Shown: piece after piece, positions 18,639-27,577 of the stretch | How positions within the stretch are numbered: the stretch's first letter is position 1 | Layout of the letters: each line of letters starts with the position of its first letter | From: Clostridia bacterium | GTDB lineage: Bacteria > Bacillota > Sulfobacillia > RBS10-35 > JADGHG01 | NCBI GenBank assembly: GCA_019689585.1 | Contig: JADGHG010000003.1 | Coordinates: forward strand, 1-52,376 | Direction of reading: 5' to 3' | Length of the DNA stretch: 52,376 bases | The notes under the pieces: model-generated | What the model saw: the letters and a program-made list of their open reading frames with translations, nothing else | Databases searched by the model: none | What the model was told of the DNA's origin: nothing | Position numbers and translations under genes: made by a program

Positions 18639-20771
18639 TCATTCGATCGCCACGGGCTCGAGCGCCTCGGCCGGCTCGAAGCCGAAGACGCGCGAGTAGA
18701 AGTAGAGCTCGGCCTCGAGCGCCCGCCGGATGTGCTCCGCCCGGCGGAACCCGTGACCCTCGCCCGGGAAGGCGAGGTAGGCCACGGGCACGCCCTTCGC
18801 CCGGAGCGCCGCGACCATCCGCTCCGCCTGGTCGGGCGGGACCACACGATCCTCCAGTCCCTGGAAGAAGATGACGGGGCAGCGGATGCGGTCGGCGAAG
18901 TGGATGGGCGAGCGCGCCAGGTAGAGATCGCGTCGCTCGGGGTAGGGCCCGATGAGACCGTCGAGGTAGCGGGACTCGAACTTGTGGGTGTCGCGCGCGA
19001 GGGCTTCGACGTCGCTCACGCCGAAGTGGCTCGCCCCCGCGTGGAAGACGTCGCGGAACGCGAGGGCGCAGAGCGTCGTGTAGCCTCCTGCGCTCCCGCC
19101 CCGGATGGCGAGGCGTTGAGCGTCGACCTCGCCGCGCCCGGCGAGGTGCAGGGCGGCGGCGCAGCAGTCGTCGACGTCGGCCACGCCCCAGCGGCCCTTG
19201 AGCGCATCGCGGTACGCCCGGCCGTAGCCTGTGCTTCCCCGGTAGTCGACGTCCACCACGGCGAAGCCGCGGCTCGTCCAGTACTGGATGCCGAGGTTGA
19301 ACGCGGTCGAGGTCGCGCCCGTCGGCCCGCCGTGGCTTACGACGAGAAGCGGCGGCCGCTCGCCGGCGGGAGGCGCGAAGTCGCGGTTCCGCGGCCGGTA
19401 GAAGAGGCCGTGGGCCGTCTCGCCCCCCGTCGTCGGGAAGGCGATCGGCTCCGGGACGGACACGTACCCGGGGCCGAGCTCCACCTCGAGCTCGCGCCGG
19501 AGCTCGCGGAACGCCGGCCGCCCACCCGCGAGGTCGAGCTCGACCACGGCCAGCGGGCGGTCCGGGGCCGAGCCGAGGAACCACACGCGGTCGCCCCGCA
19601 CCTGCACGGCGGCGATGGCCGTGTAGGGGAGCGCAAGGGGCGCGAGCGCCCAGCCGCCCGCGGCCGGCAGGCCGCCGGTCGCCCGCTCCGGGGCGAGGAT
19701 GGCGAGCCGGTCGACGCCGTCCTTGCGGTAGCAGGCGACGACGCTGCCGTCGGGCCGGAGGCCGTAGGTCGAGAGGCCGAACGCCCAGGCCGGCACGCCG
19801 AATTCGGCTTCCATCGGGAAGAGTGGCTCCACCGGACCCACCTGCGGCGCGCCGTCCGCGCCGCCCGCTGCGCTGCCCGCGACCGCCGCGCCCGGGAGCC
19901 GCACCCGGGCGCGGTAGTGGTTCCACCAGCCGGTCCGGTCGGAGACGAAGTGCAGGTGGCCGTCCTCCGACCACTCGGGCTGAAAGACCGACTCGCCGGG
20001 CCCCCCCGCGACGAGCGCCGCGGGTCCGAGACCGCCGTCCTCGGCGAAGGCCGCGACCCAGAGCTCCGTGCCGTCCCAGGGCATGCGCGGGTGGTCCCAG
20101 CTGAGCCAGGCAAGCAGCCGGCCGTCGGGCGAGATGCGCGGCGAGGAGAAGAAGTCGTGGCCCGAGACGAGGACGCGCTGGCCCGGCACGTCGTCGGGGG
20201 CCCCAAGGCCGTCGCCCGCGGCCGCCGAACCATCGCCTGGAAGCGCGATCGCCACGATCGCGTTCTCGCAGTCGCGGTCGGAGCGGCGGTGGTCCTCGCG
20301 CACGGCGAGGATCCGGCCGCGGCGCTCGTCCATGCGCATGTCGGCGTAGCGCAGGGGCAGCTCCGGCGTGATCGGCCGGGGTTCGGCAGGCGCGCCCTCG
20401 ACCGGCCGGCCGTGCGCCGGCACGCGGTAGAGCCTCTGGTCAGCGAAGTTGACGAAGTACGCGACGCCGCGGTGGACGAGGGCGGCGCCCCCGCCGTACT
20501 CGTGCACGCGCGTGCGGACGTTGAAGGGCCGGGGCGTCACATCGAGCGCCTCCGCCTCGCGCGACGGAGCCCCCTCGCCTCGCGGGGCCGCGCGCACGAG
20601 CACGCTCCGCCCCTCCTCCCACGGCCGCCCCTCGATCCAGTAGACGTCCTCCCCGTCGACGAGGAGCTCGGAGAGGCGACGCGCGCCCTTCGTGAGAAGC
20701 TCGGCCGTGACGGGCGAGACCCAGGAGCCGTAGGGCGCCGTCCGCAGCTCTGCCGTACCGCCTTCCGGCAA
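18639..20771 (-). CDS. S9 family serine peptidase (prolyl oligopeptidase/acyl-peptide hydrolase-like)
   Basis: APYGSWxSP N-terminus, HGGP, GGSAGG nucleophile, DRVV, EGHGF. Confidence 0.9.
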   Translation of the reverse strand: MPEGGTAELRTAPYGSWVSPVTAELLTKGARRLSELLVDGEDVYWIEGRPWEEGRSVLVRAAPRGEGAPSREAEALDVTPRPFNVRTRVHEYGGGAALVHRGVAYFVNFADQRLYRVPAHGRPVEGAPAEPRPITPELPLRYADMRMDERRGRILAVREDHRRSDRDCENAIVAIALPGDGSAAAGDGLGAPDDVPGQRVLVSGHDFFSSPRISPDGRLLAWLSWDHPRMPWDGTELWVAAFAEDGGLGPAALVAGGPGESVFQPEWSEDGHLHFVSDRTGWWNHYRARVRLPGAAVAGSAAGGADGAPQVGPVEPLFPMEAEFGVPAWAFGLSTYGLRPDGSVVACYRKDGVDRLAILAPERATGGLPAAGGWALAPLALPYTAIAAVQVRGDRVWFLGSAPDRPLAVVELDLAGGRPAFRELRRELEVELGPGYVSVPEPIAFPTTGGETAHGLFYRPRNRDFAPPAGERPPLLVVSHGGPTGATSTAFNLGIQYWTSRGFAVVDVDYRGSTGYGRAYRDALKGRWGVADVDDCCAAALHLAGRGEVDAQRLAIRGGSAGGYTTLCALAFRDVFHAGASHFGVSDVEALARDTHKFESRYLDGLIGPYPERRDLYLARSPIHFADRIRCPVIFFQGLEDRVVPPDQAERMVAALRAKGVPVAYLAFPGEGHGFRRAEHIRRALEAELYFYSRVFGFEPAEALEPVAIE

Positions 20772-20965
20772 GGTCGGTCCCTTCTCCGCACGTGACGATT
20801 GCGCGCGCGGGTCGCCGCATCCTGCCCCGGGCCGCCGTCTTGGTCCACCGCGCGTCACGAGGCGCGGCGCCTCCGGCCGGAGGGCGCGCCGCTGCCGAGC
20901 CCCTTGCGCCTCACCGCCCCGGGCGCGGATACTGGCTCGGTGAACCTCGGGCGGGGGGCCGCACC

Positions 20966-21901
20966 GTGCGCGCGATCGAGGTCGAGGGGCTCGTCAAGAC
21001 GTACGGCCCGGTGAGGGCCGTCGACGGCATCTCCTTCTCCGTCGAAGCCGGCGAGATCTTCGGGCTCCTCGGACCGAACGGCGCCGGCAAGACGACGACC
21101 CTCGAGATCCTCGAGGGGCTGCGCCGCCCCGACGCCGGGCGCGTCGCGGTCGCCGGCGTCGACGTGATCCGGGCGCCGCAGGCCGTCAAGCGCCGGATCG
21201 GCGTGCAGCTCCAGGCGACGGCCCTCTTCGACCTCCTCACAGCGCGCGAGACGGTCGCGCTCTATGCGCGCTTCGCCGGGCGCGACCGGCCCGAGGTCGT
21301 CGACGGCCTCTTGCGCGAGCTGGCGCTCGAGGAGAAGGCGGACACCTACGCGAAGAACCTCTCGGGCGGCCAGCGCCAGCGGCTGTCTGTCGCCCTCGCG
21401 CTCGCCAACGACCCGGAGATCGTCTTCCTCGACGAGCCGACGACGGGCATGGATCCGCAGGCGCGGCGCGGCCTCTGGGACACGGTGCGGCGCATGCAGG
21501 CGCGCGGCAAGACCGTCGTCCTCTCCACCCACTACATGGACGAGGCCGAGGCCCTCTGCGACCGGCTCGTCGTCATCGACCACGGGCGGATCATCGCGCA
21601 GGGCTCGCCCAGCTCGCTCGTCCGCGAGAACTTCTCGCACTCGTTCGTCGACGTGCAGCTCGAGCGGACGCTCTCGCCGGAAGGGGCGGGCGAGCTCCTG
21701 GGCCTCCTCGGCCAGCGTCGCGAAGCGCAGGCGGCGCCGGACTCCGGCTTCACGTTCGCGGTCGACGACGTGCCGCGGGCGATGGAGGCGCTCTTCGCCT
21801 GGTCGGCGCAGGCGGGCGTGGCGATCCGCGACGTCACCGTGCGGCGCCCCTCGCTGGAGGACCTCTTCCTCAAGCTCACGGGAAGGAGCCTGCGCGAGTG
21901 A
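20966..21901 (+). CDS. ABC-2 exporter ATP-binding protein
   Basis: GPNGAGKTT, LSGGQRQR, LDEPTTG, PSLEDLFLKLTG. Confidence 0.92.
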   Translation: MRAIEVEGLVKTYGPVRAVDGISFSVEAGEIFGLLGPNGAGKTTTLEILEGLRRPDAGRVAVAGVDVIRAPQAVKRRIGVQLQATALFDLLTARETVALYARFAGRDRPEVVDGLLRELALEEKADTYAKNLSGGQRQRLSVALALANDPEIVFLDEPTTGMDPQARRGLWDTVRRMQARGKTVVLSTHYMDEAEALCDRLVVIDHGRIIAQGSPSSLVRENFSHSFVDVQLERTLSPEGAGELLGLLGQRREAQAAPDSGFTFAVDDVPRAMEALFAWSAQAGVAIRDVTVRRPSLEDLFLKLTGRSLRE

Positions 21902-23132
21902 AGGTCTGGACGGCGTTCTTCGTCGCCTCGTTCAAGCAGACGGTCCGCAACCGCCAGAACCTCTTCTGGAGCCTCTTCTTCCCGGTCGTGTTCATGGTGT
22001 TCGTCGGGTTCCTCGGCAACGCCTCGAACCAGACGATCGCCGTGGCCGTCTTCGACGAGGACCGGACGCCGCTTTCGGCGCAGGTGGTGAAGGCGCTCGA
22101 ATCCGTGCCCGCCTTCCAGGTGCGCCGGGAGCCGTCGCTCGAGCAGGCCCGAAGCGACCTGGAAGAGGCCCGCCTCCAGGCGGTGATCACCGTGCCGCGC
22201 GGTTTCGGGGCCGCGCTCGCGCCCTGGCTCGCCCCCGCCGGGAGAGCCGCGGGCTCGGGGGGTGAGACGGCCTCCTCCGGTCCCCCGCCCGCGGCGAGCG
22301 GGTCCGCTGGCGCGGCCACGGGGGCGAGGGCGGCGTCGCCGATCGCGCCGGCGCCGGAGCCGGCGCGCCGCCTCCACCCCAGGCCGAGCTCGAGGTCCTG
22401 TATGCGTCGCGCAACTACATCCAGGCGCAGGAGACGCAGAGCCTCGTCGAGTCCGTGGTCGAGCACGTGGGCCTCGCCCTCACGGGCCGGGGCTCGCCCA
22501 TCCGGGCCGCCTCGCAGGCTATCGGGGCGCGCGTGGCCTCCTTCCTCGACTTCCTCGTGCCGGGGCTTCTCGCGATGATGCTGATGAACAGCGCCGTCTT
22601 CGCCATCGCGATCACAGTGACGCGCTGGCGCGACCGCGGGGTGCTGAAGCGGCTGCGGGCCTCGGGACTGAGCCCGGCCACGATCATGACCACCTGGCTC
22701 GCGAACCAGTCGCTCACCGGCATCGCCTCGGCGGCCATCCTCCTCGCGCTCGCGATCTGGGGCTTCGGCGCGCACGAGACCCTGCGGCTCGGGACGCTCG
22801 CCGTCCTGGTCGTCATCGGGCTCCTCGCCTTCTTCGGCCTCGGCTTCTTCCTCGCCAGCGTGGCGCGCGACTCCGAAGGCGTGGCGCCCCTCGTGAACGT
22901 CGTCACGCTGCCCATGATGTTCCTCTCCGGCGTCTTCTTCCCCGTCGACTCGCTGCCGCGCTGGCTCCAGTCCGTCGTCCAGTTCCTGCCGCTCACGTTC
23001 CTCTCCCACGGCCTCCGGGAGACGATGAACGCGGGCGCGGGGCTCGGCTCCCTCGGCGTCGACGTCCTCGGGCTCATCGCCTGGCTCTGCCTCGCGGGCG
23101 CCGCCGGCGTGCGCTTCTTCCGGTGGGAGTGA
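21898..23132 (+). pseudogene. ABC-2 permease split by a frameshift near 22320
   Basis: N-terminal TM and loop are in one frame; AELEVLY...DFLVPGLLAMM...RFFRWE is in another; G5 run at 22320-22324. Confidence 0.75.
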
Positions 23133-23229
23133 AACGGGCGGTCAAGCGGGTCCCGTGCCCTCGTTCAAAATGTCGAGGTAGCCGGTGTACGCGAGGAGCG
23201 GTTGCGCCGAGAAGGGCGGCGTGCACCTC

Positions 23230-23744
23230 GCGGATGAGTCGGTTCGAGAGTGGCGTCTACTTCGGCGCCGAAGCGCGGCACCTGGTAGTGCCGGTCGGTC
23301 CCCGCTTCACGGCGTCGACTCCAACTCGACATGGGAGATCACGTCCAGGTCTTCGTGCCAGCTCGTGTGCAAAAGCCTGGCGTCATTGGACTTCTTCTTG
23401 ACTACCCCAAAGGAAACCGAGCCTCCACAACCGTGTACCGAGTGATCGCACATCCTGCTCCTCAACGAACTGACGTCTTTGTCACAGGGCCTGGTGGAAC
23501 GGTACACCTTCATGGTAACTTTGCTCTTCCGTCCGTCACATCGCCATCGTCCACACCGAGCTCAGGTGTGCAGCCCATGAACGCCGTTTGCGATGCCGTC
23601 TGCGTTGCTGTAGTGCTAGGCGTGTGCGGCCCACTCATCGACTGCGGACTTGCGGGAGCTCCGATCTTGACAGTCGTGTGCATAATAGTATGCGATACCC
23701 AACCAGGCAACGGTGGAGGCGGTGGTGGTGGGCGAGCGCGCTAG
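23230..23744 (+). pseudogene. 5'-degraded pro-peptide/Cys-core precursor, paralog of 34503-35144
   Basis: FVPA.VQKP..IGLLL...VYR pro-region; core with CDAVC, CGPLIDC, CIIVC and a Gly tail; in-frame stop at 23286 and no signal peptide. Confidence 0.6.
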
Positions 23745-24057
23745 TAGGCGGTTCTGGGACACGTCGCGTGTTGTCCCGAGTCTTGTCTGGATTGTCACGG
23801 CTATTCTCTGGTTCGTGCTACCGTCGCCGTGGCGGTGGGTGGCCCTGGGCCTCGGGCTTGGCGCGCTTGGCGCGTTCACGTGGGCTGAGTGGGCGAATCA
23901 CGCCGTTCGGCGCAGGATGATGAGCGGCGCCAGCGCCCTCGTGTGGGGCGCAGCGACGTATGCGATAGTCGCGACCGGAGCAAACGCTCTGTGGACATTT
24001 GCTCTCACGGCCGCCGCCGCCGCCATTTGGGCCCTGCTCGTGCGGTTGATGCGCTAG
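23725..24057 (+). CDS. Small 4-TM membrane protein (candidate immunity protein)
   Basis: Four hydrophobic segments; its RBS GGAGG (23715-23719) lies in the precursor Gly-tail codons. Confidence 0.6.
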   Translation: MVGERASRRFWDTSRVVPSLVWIVTAILWFVLPSPWRWVALGLGLGALGAFTWAEWANHAVRRRMMSGASALVWGAATYAIVATGANALWTFALTAAAAAIWALLVRLMR

Positions 24058-24092
24058 ATATGGCTACGACCGTAGCAGTAACCGTACAACTG

Positions 24093-24218
24093 CTAGCTCC
24101 GGGTCGAGCAATGGATAAACCCCTCCGAAGTGAGGCTCGCAGGACGGTAGACGGACCCCACCTTCGCCCGGTCCCACTCTGACCGTTCGACGATGTGGTA
24201 GATCAGCTCGCCGTCCAC
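24093..24218 (-). pseudogene. DUF952 family fragment
   Basis: IYHIVERSEW...YRPASLTSEGFIHCST followed by a premature stop. Confidence 0.7.
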
Positions 24219-24329
24219 TCCGTTCACGCCTCCAAGGGTAAGACATCGGTCAGTGGGAACCGTCGCGCGACTCAGAAGGGTTCTCGCCACCCGTCTTGCA
24301 CTGGTAGAGCTGCCTGAGCGCGCGGCGTA

Positions 24330-24585
24330 GCCGCGGGCTACCTGCTCCTGAATCTCGCGGAGTGGGGCGGCGTTGAGATGGTACCGGGTTTCCCGTCCCA
24401 CCTTGCGACCCTCCACCAGACCGGCCTTCTTCGGGATCGCCAGGTGCTTGGACACCCCGGTACGACCCATCCGGAACCTGGCTGTCATCTCGTGGAGAGG
24501 CAACTCGTCGACCTCCGCCAGCAAGTGGAGCAGCTGGCGGCGAGTTGGATCGGCGATCGCGCTGAAGACGTCTCTCGTGGGCCAT
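24330..24585 (-). pseudogene. ArsR/SmtB family regulator remnant
   Basis: DVFSAIADPTRRQLL...VSKHL...AGLV...GRETRYHL; ATG at 24585 is out of frame and the C-terminus is lost. Confidence 0.75.
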
Positions 24586-24598
24586 CCCCTCTCTCGTC

Positions 24599-24624
24599 AA
24601 CACGACACTTTTTGGTGTCATGTT
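24599..24624. promoter_or_regulatory. Palindromic operator upstream of the ArsR remnant
   Basis: AACACGACAC-TTTTTG-GTGTCATGTT, 9 of 10 arm positions complementary. Confidence 0.6.
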
Positions 24625-24862
24625 GGAGGCTATGTCACCCCTGTCAAGGCCTAAGAGGCGATCCGAAAATGGCTGGATGTGCGTGTCCACCATCGCCTGC
24701 AAACGGACAGCCGACGTTCCGTCCGGACGGGGCTCCTCGCCAGCCCGTCCGCGCCCCCGGCTTTCCGACGTTTCGTCGTATTTATGCACAGCTACTTCAC
24801 AGTTCGTCAGGCTGGAACGAGAATCGCTGACGAGACGTCGGTGGGGGGAGGGGAGAACGGCG

Positions 24863-25318
24863 GTGGACGCCATCGACCGCGCGATCTTGCGGCTCTTGCA
24901 CGCCCACGGTCGCATGAGCCAGGAGGACATCGCCCGTGAGGTCCACCTCTCGCGGGCGGCCGTCCACGGGAGGCTGCGGCGGTTGGAGGACCAGGGGGTG
25001 ATCCGCGGGTACCGCGCGCTCCTGAACTGGGCCGCCCTCGGCCAGCCGGTGACCGCCTTCGTCTGGGTGCGGACGTCGGGCGTCCGGTGCGATGCGGCGG
25101 GGCAGAGCATCATGCAGCTGAGCGGACCGGCCGCCGTGGTGGAGGAATGCCACCGCGTGACCGGGGACTGGTGCATGCTCCTCAAGGTTCGCGCGGGTTC
25201 AACCCTGGATCTTCAGGACCTCATCGACCGGATTCGCGATGTTCCAGGGGTGACGGCGACCATGACGACCGTGGTGCTCTCCACCCTGTCCGAGCACGGC
25301 GCCTCGGAAGGATCGTGA
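24863..25318 (+). CDS. Lrp/AsnC family regulator
   Basis: DAIDRAILRLL...GR.S..IA..V.LS..AV..RLRRLE..GVI.GY and ECHRVTGD motifs. Confidence 0.92.
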   Translation: MDAIDRAILRLLHAHGRMSQEDIAREVHLSRAAVHGRLRRLEDQGVIRGYRALLNWAALGQPVTAFVWVRTSGVRCDAAGQSIMQLSGPAAVVEECHRVTGDWCMLLKVRAGSTLDLQDLIDRIRDVPGVTATMTTVVLSTLSEHGASEGS

Positions 25319-25320
25319 CG

Positions 25321-26736
25321 ATGGAACGTGCTCTCGTCCGGACGATCACCCTCCCCGAGGGGGTGTCGCTCTACGTGGGCGCCGTGGTCGGGGCCGGAGT
25401 GCTCATCCTGCCCGGGGTCGCGGCATCGATGGCGGGGCCGGCGTCGCTCGTGGCCTGGACCTTCAACTGCCTGGCCGGCATCCCGCTCGCGCTCACCTTC
25501 GCCGCCCTGGCCGCCCGCTTCCCGGACGCCGGCGGCGTAGCCACCTACACGGCGAAGGCATTCGGACCCGCCTGGGGCGCGATCGTCGGCTGGCTCTACT
25601 TCGTCGCCGCGGCCACGGGCCAGGTGATCGTCCCGCTCACCGGAGCGTACTACGCGGCCGACGCGCTCAACCTTCGACGCGACGACACGTTCCTATGGGC
25701 GACGGCGATCCTGGGCGTCGCGGTCGTCAGCAACCTGCGGGGGCTGAAGGTGAGCGGGCGAGTCCAGCTGGCGCTGAGCGCAGCCGTGGCCGGCCTTCTC
25801 TTGGGAGCAGCGCTGGCTTCTCTGCCAAGGCTCAGCCTCGCGCACCTTACGCCGTTCGACCCCCGAGGCATGGACGCCGTGGGCCATGCGACGGTGCTCA
25901 TCTTCGTCGCCGTGTTCGGCTGGGAGGCGATCGCCCAGCTCTCGTCGGAGTTCCGGAACCCGGAGCGGGACGTGCCGCGCTCGACGATCTGGAGCGTGGG
26001 CCTCATCACCGTGCTGTACCTGGGCGTCGCCCTGGCCACCGTGGGCACGGGGACGTACGGGGATCCCGAGCTCGACCGCGTCGCGGTGGCCCGTCTCCTC
26101 GCAGACGGGTTGGGGATCGGCGCGAGACTGGTCGCCGCCGTCATGGCGCTGGTGATCGCCCTGGGCACGGCGAACGCGTTCGTGGCGGCCACGTCGCGGC
26201 TCGGCTACGCCCTCGCGCGGGACGACGCCTTCCCCGCCTGGCTCGGCGTCCTGGACCGGCGCGGCGTGCCTGGCCGAGCGGTGCTGGCGGTCGGCGCATG
26301 CGCGGCGGGCGGGCTTGCCCTCACCTACTTGACGGGACGTGGCGCCGAGAACCTCTTGGTGATCCCCGCCTCCCTCGGCATCACGACGTACGTGATCGGC
26401 GCCGCCTCCGGAGTCCGCCTGCTGACCGGTCCGGCGCGCTGGATGGCCACCGCCAGCCTCGTCCTGTGCCTGGTCGCACTGCCGTTCGCCGGTGCATCAG
26501 TCTCTTGGCCGCTCCTCGTCGCGATCTTCGCCCTGGGCTATCGCCTCTGGCGCCGCGGGCGGCAGAGGTTGCGCGGAGCTCGGTATTCCTCCTGCACGAC
26601 GTCTTCGGAACACACTAGAAGTGACGCCTCTACATCAGGTGTTGGCAGTCGGGCGCTGGACGGCGCCAGGGAAACGAAGAGGTCACGGCGCACTTCCTCT
26701 GGTGACGAACCGGGAGGAAGAGGTGCAAAGCCGTGA
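25321..26736 (+). CDS. APC family amino acid permease/exporter (YjeH-like)
   Basis: YVGAVVGAGVLILPG, FPDAGG, FGWE; about 12 TMs; hydrophilic tail runs into the IS end. Confidence 0.85.
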   Translation: MERALVRTITLPEGVSLYVGAVVGAGVLILPGVAASMAGPASLVAWTFNCLAGIPLALTFAALAARFPDAGGVATYTAKAFGPAWGAIVGWLYFVAAATGQVIVPLTGAYYAADALNLRRDDTFLWATAILGVAVVSNLRGLKVSGRVQLALSAAVAGLLLGAALASLPRLSLAHLTPFDPRGMDAVGHATVLIFVAVFGWEAIAQLSSEFRNPERDVPRSTIWSVGLITVLYLGVALATVGTGTYGDPELDRVAVARLLADGLGIGARLVAAVMALVIALGTANAFVAATSRLGYALARDDAFPAWLGVLDRRGVPGRAVLAVGACAAGGLALTYLTGRGAENLLVIPASLGITTYVIGAASGVRLLTGPARWMATASLVLCLVALPFAGASVSWPLLVAIFALGYRLWRRGRQRLRGARYSSCTTSSEHTRSDASTSGVGSRALDGARETKRSRRTSSGDEPGGRGAKP

Positions 26737-27101
26737 CCCTTGTGGACAGTGTATATCGCTTTCGGCGGCAGGTCATCCGCCGCGCGCAGGAGTTGCGCGA
26801 CGTGAGCCAGGCCTGCCGGGAGGCAGGGATCCCGCGGGCGCTGTTTTACCGCCGGCGCAAGCGGGATCTGGCCGAGGGAGCCGATGGGCTGCGACCGCGG
26901 CCGCAGGCGCGTGGGCGCCACCCGCGCCGGGCGCCGCCCGCGCTGGAGGACGTCCGCATCGAAGATCTGCAACGCGTCCTCGACAGTTACCTCCGATACG
27001 ACAACTTCGACCGACGCCATCAGGGCTACCGTCTCAGAGGACGCGTGCCGGCCGACCTCTTCTACCCAACACAACTGTCAACACCTGATGGAGTCAGGAC
27101 A
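26622..27101 (+). mobile_element. Internally deleted IS481-family element
   Basis: Inverted repeats CATCAGGTGTTGGCAGT (26633-26649) and ACTGTCAACACCTGATG (27074-27090); ORF 26733-27107 has the HTH (VSQACREAGI.R..FY) and the DNFDRRHQG end but no DDE core. Confidence 0.75.
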
Positions 27102-27283
27102 GCCTAAGCGGTCCTGCCAACGACCGCGTCACGCGGCCCTGGCTGCGGCGGCTACTTCCAGGCAATCCTGGAGCCGCGCCGGAGGGAACGGAGGGAATAC
27201 GGAATAAGAAGGAATCTAGACGTCTCCGCCGAAACTATCCCATGATCGGGCGCGCTGCCCACTTCCTGCGGAGGTGATCCGTT

Positions 27284-27568
27284 TTGAGGCGGCTGGTGCA
27301 CGTCGCTATCGGCACGTTTGTTGCGGTGGCCCTCTGGACCGCAACGGCTGCTGCTCAGGGCGCTTCGACCGTGCTGTGCTATGATACCGGCGACTACGAG
27401 GACGTGGTTACAGCAGTGTACTGCAACGCGTGCGTGCCGCAGAGCAACCCCGACGAGATCAAGAAGGCCCGCTACGAGATCTACGTCTGTGAGGACGGCA
27501 GCCTGCTGTACCTCCTGACCAACACATGGACGGAATGCGGCTACGTAGCGCGCTGCACCCACGAGTGA
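27284..27568 (+). CDS. Secreted 6-Cys peptide (bacteriocin-like)
   Basis: RBS GGAGG; Sec signal ending TAAA; about 70-aa mature region with 6 Cys. Confidence 0.7.
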   Translation: MRRLVHVAIGTFVAVALWTATAAAQGASTVLCYDTGDYEDVVTAVYCNACVPQSNPDEIKKARYEIYVCEDGSLLYLLTNTWTECGYVARCTHE

Positions 27569-27577
27569 ACTGACGAC

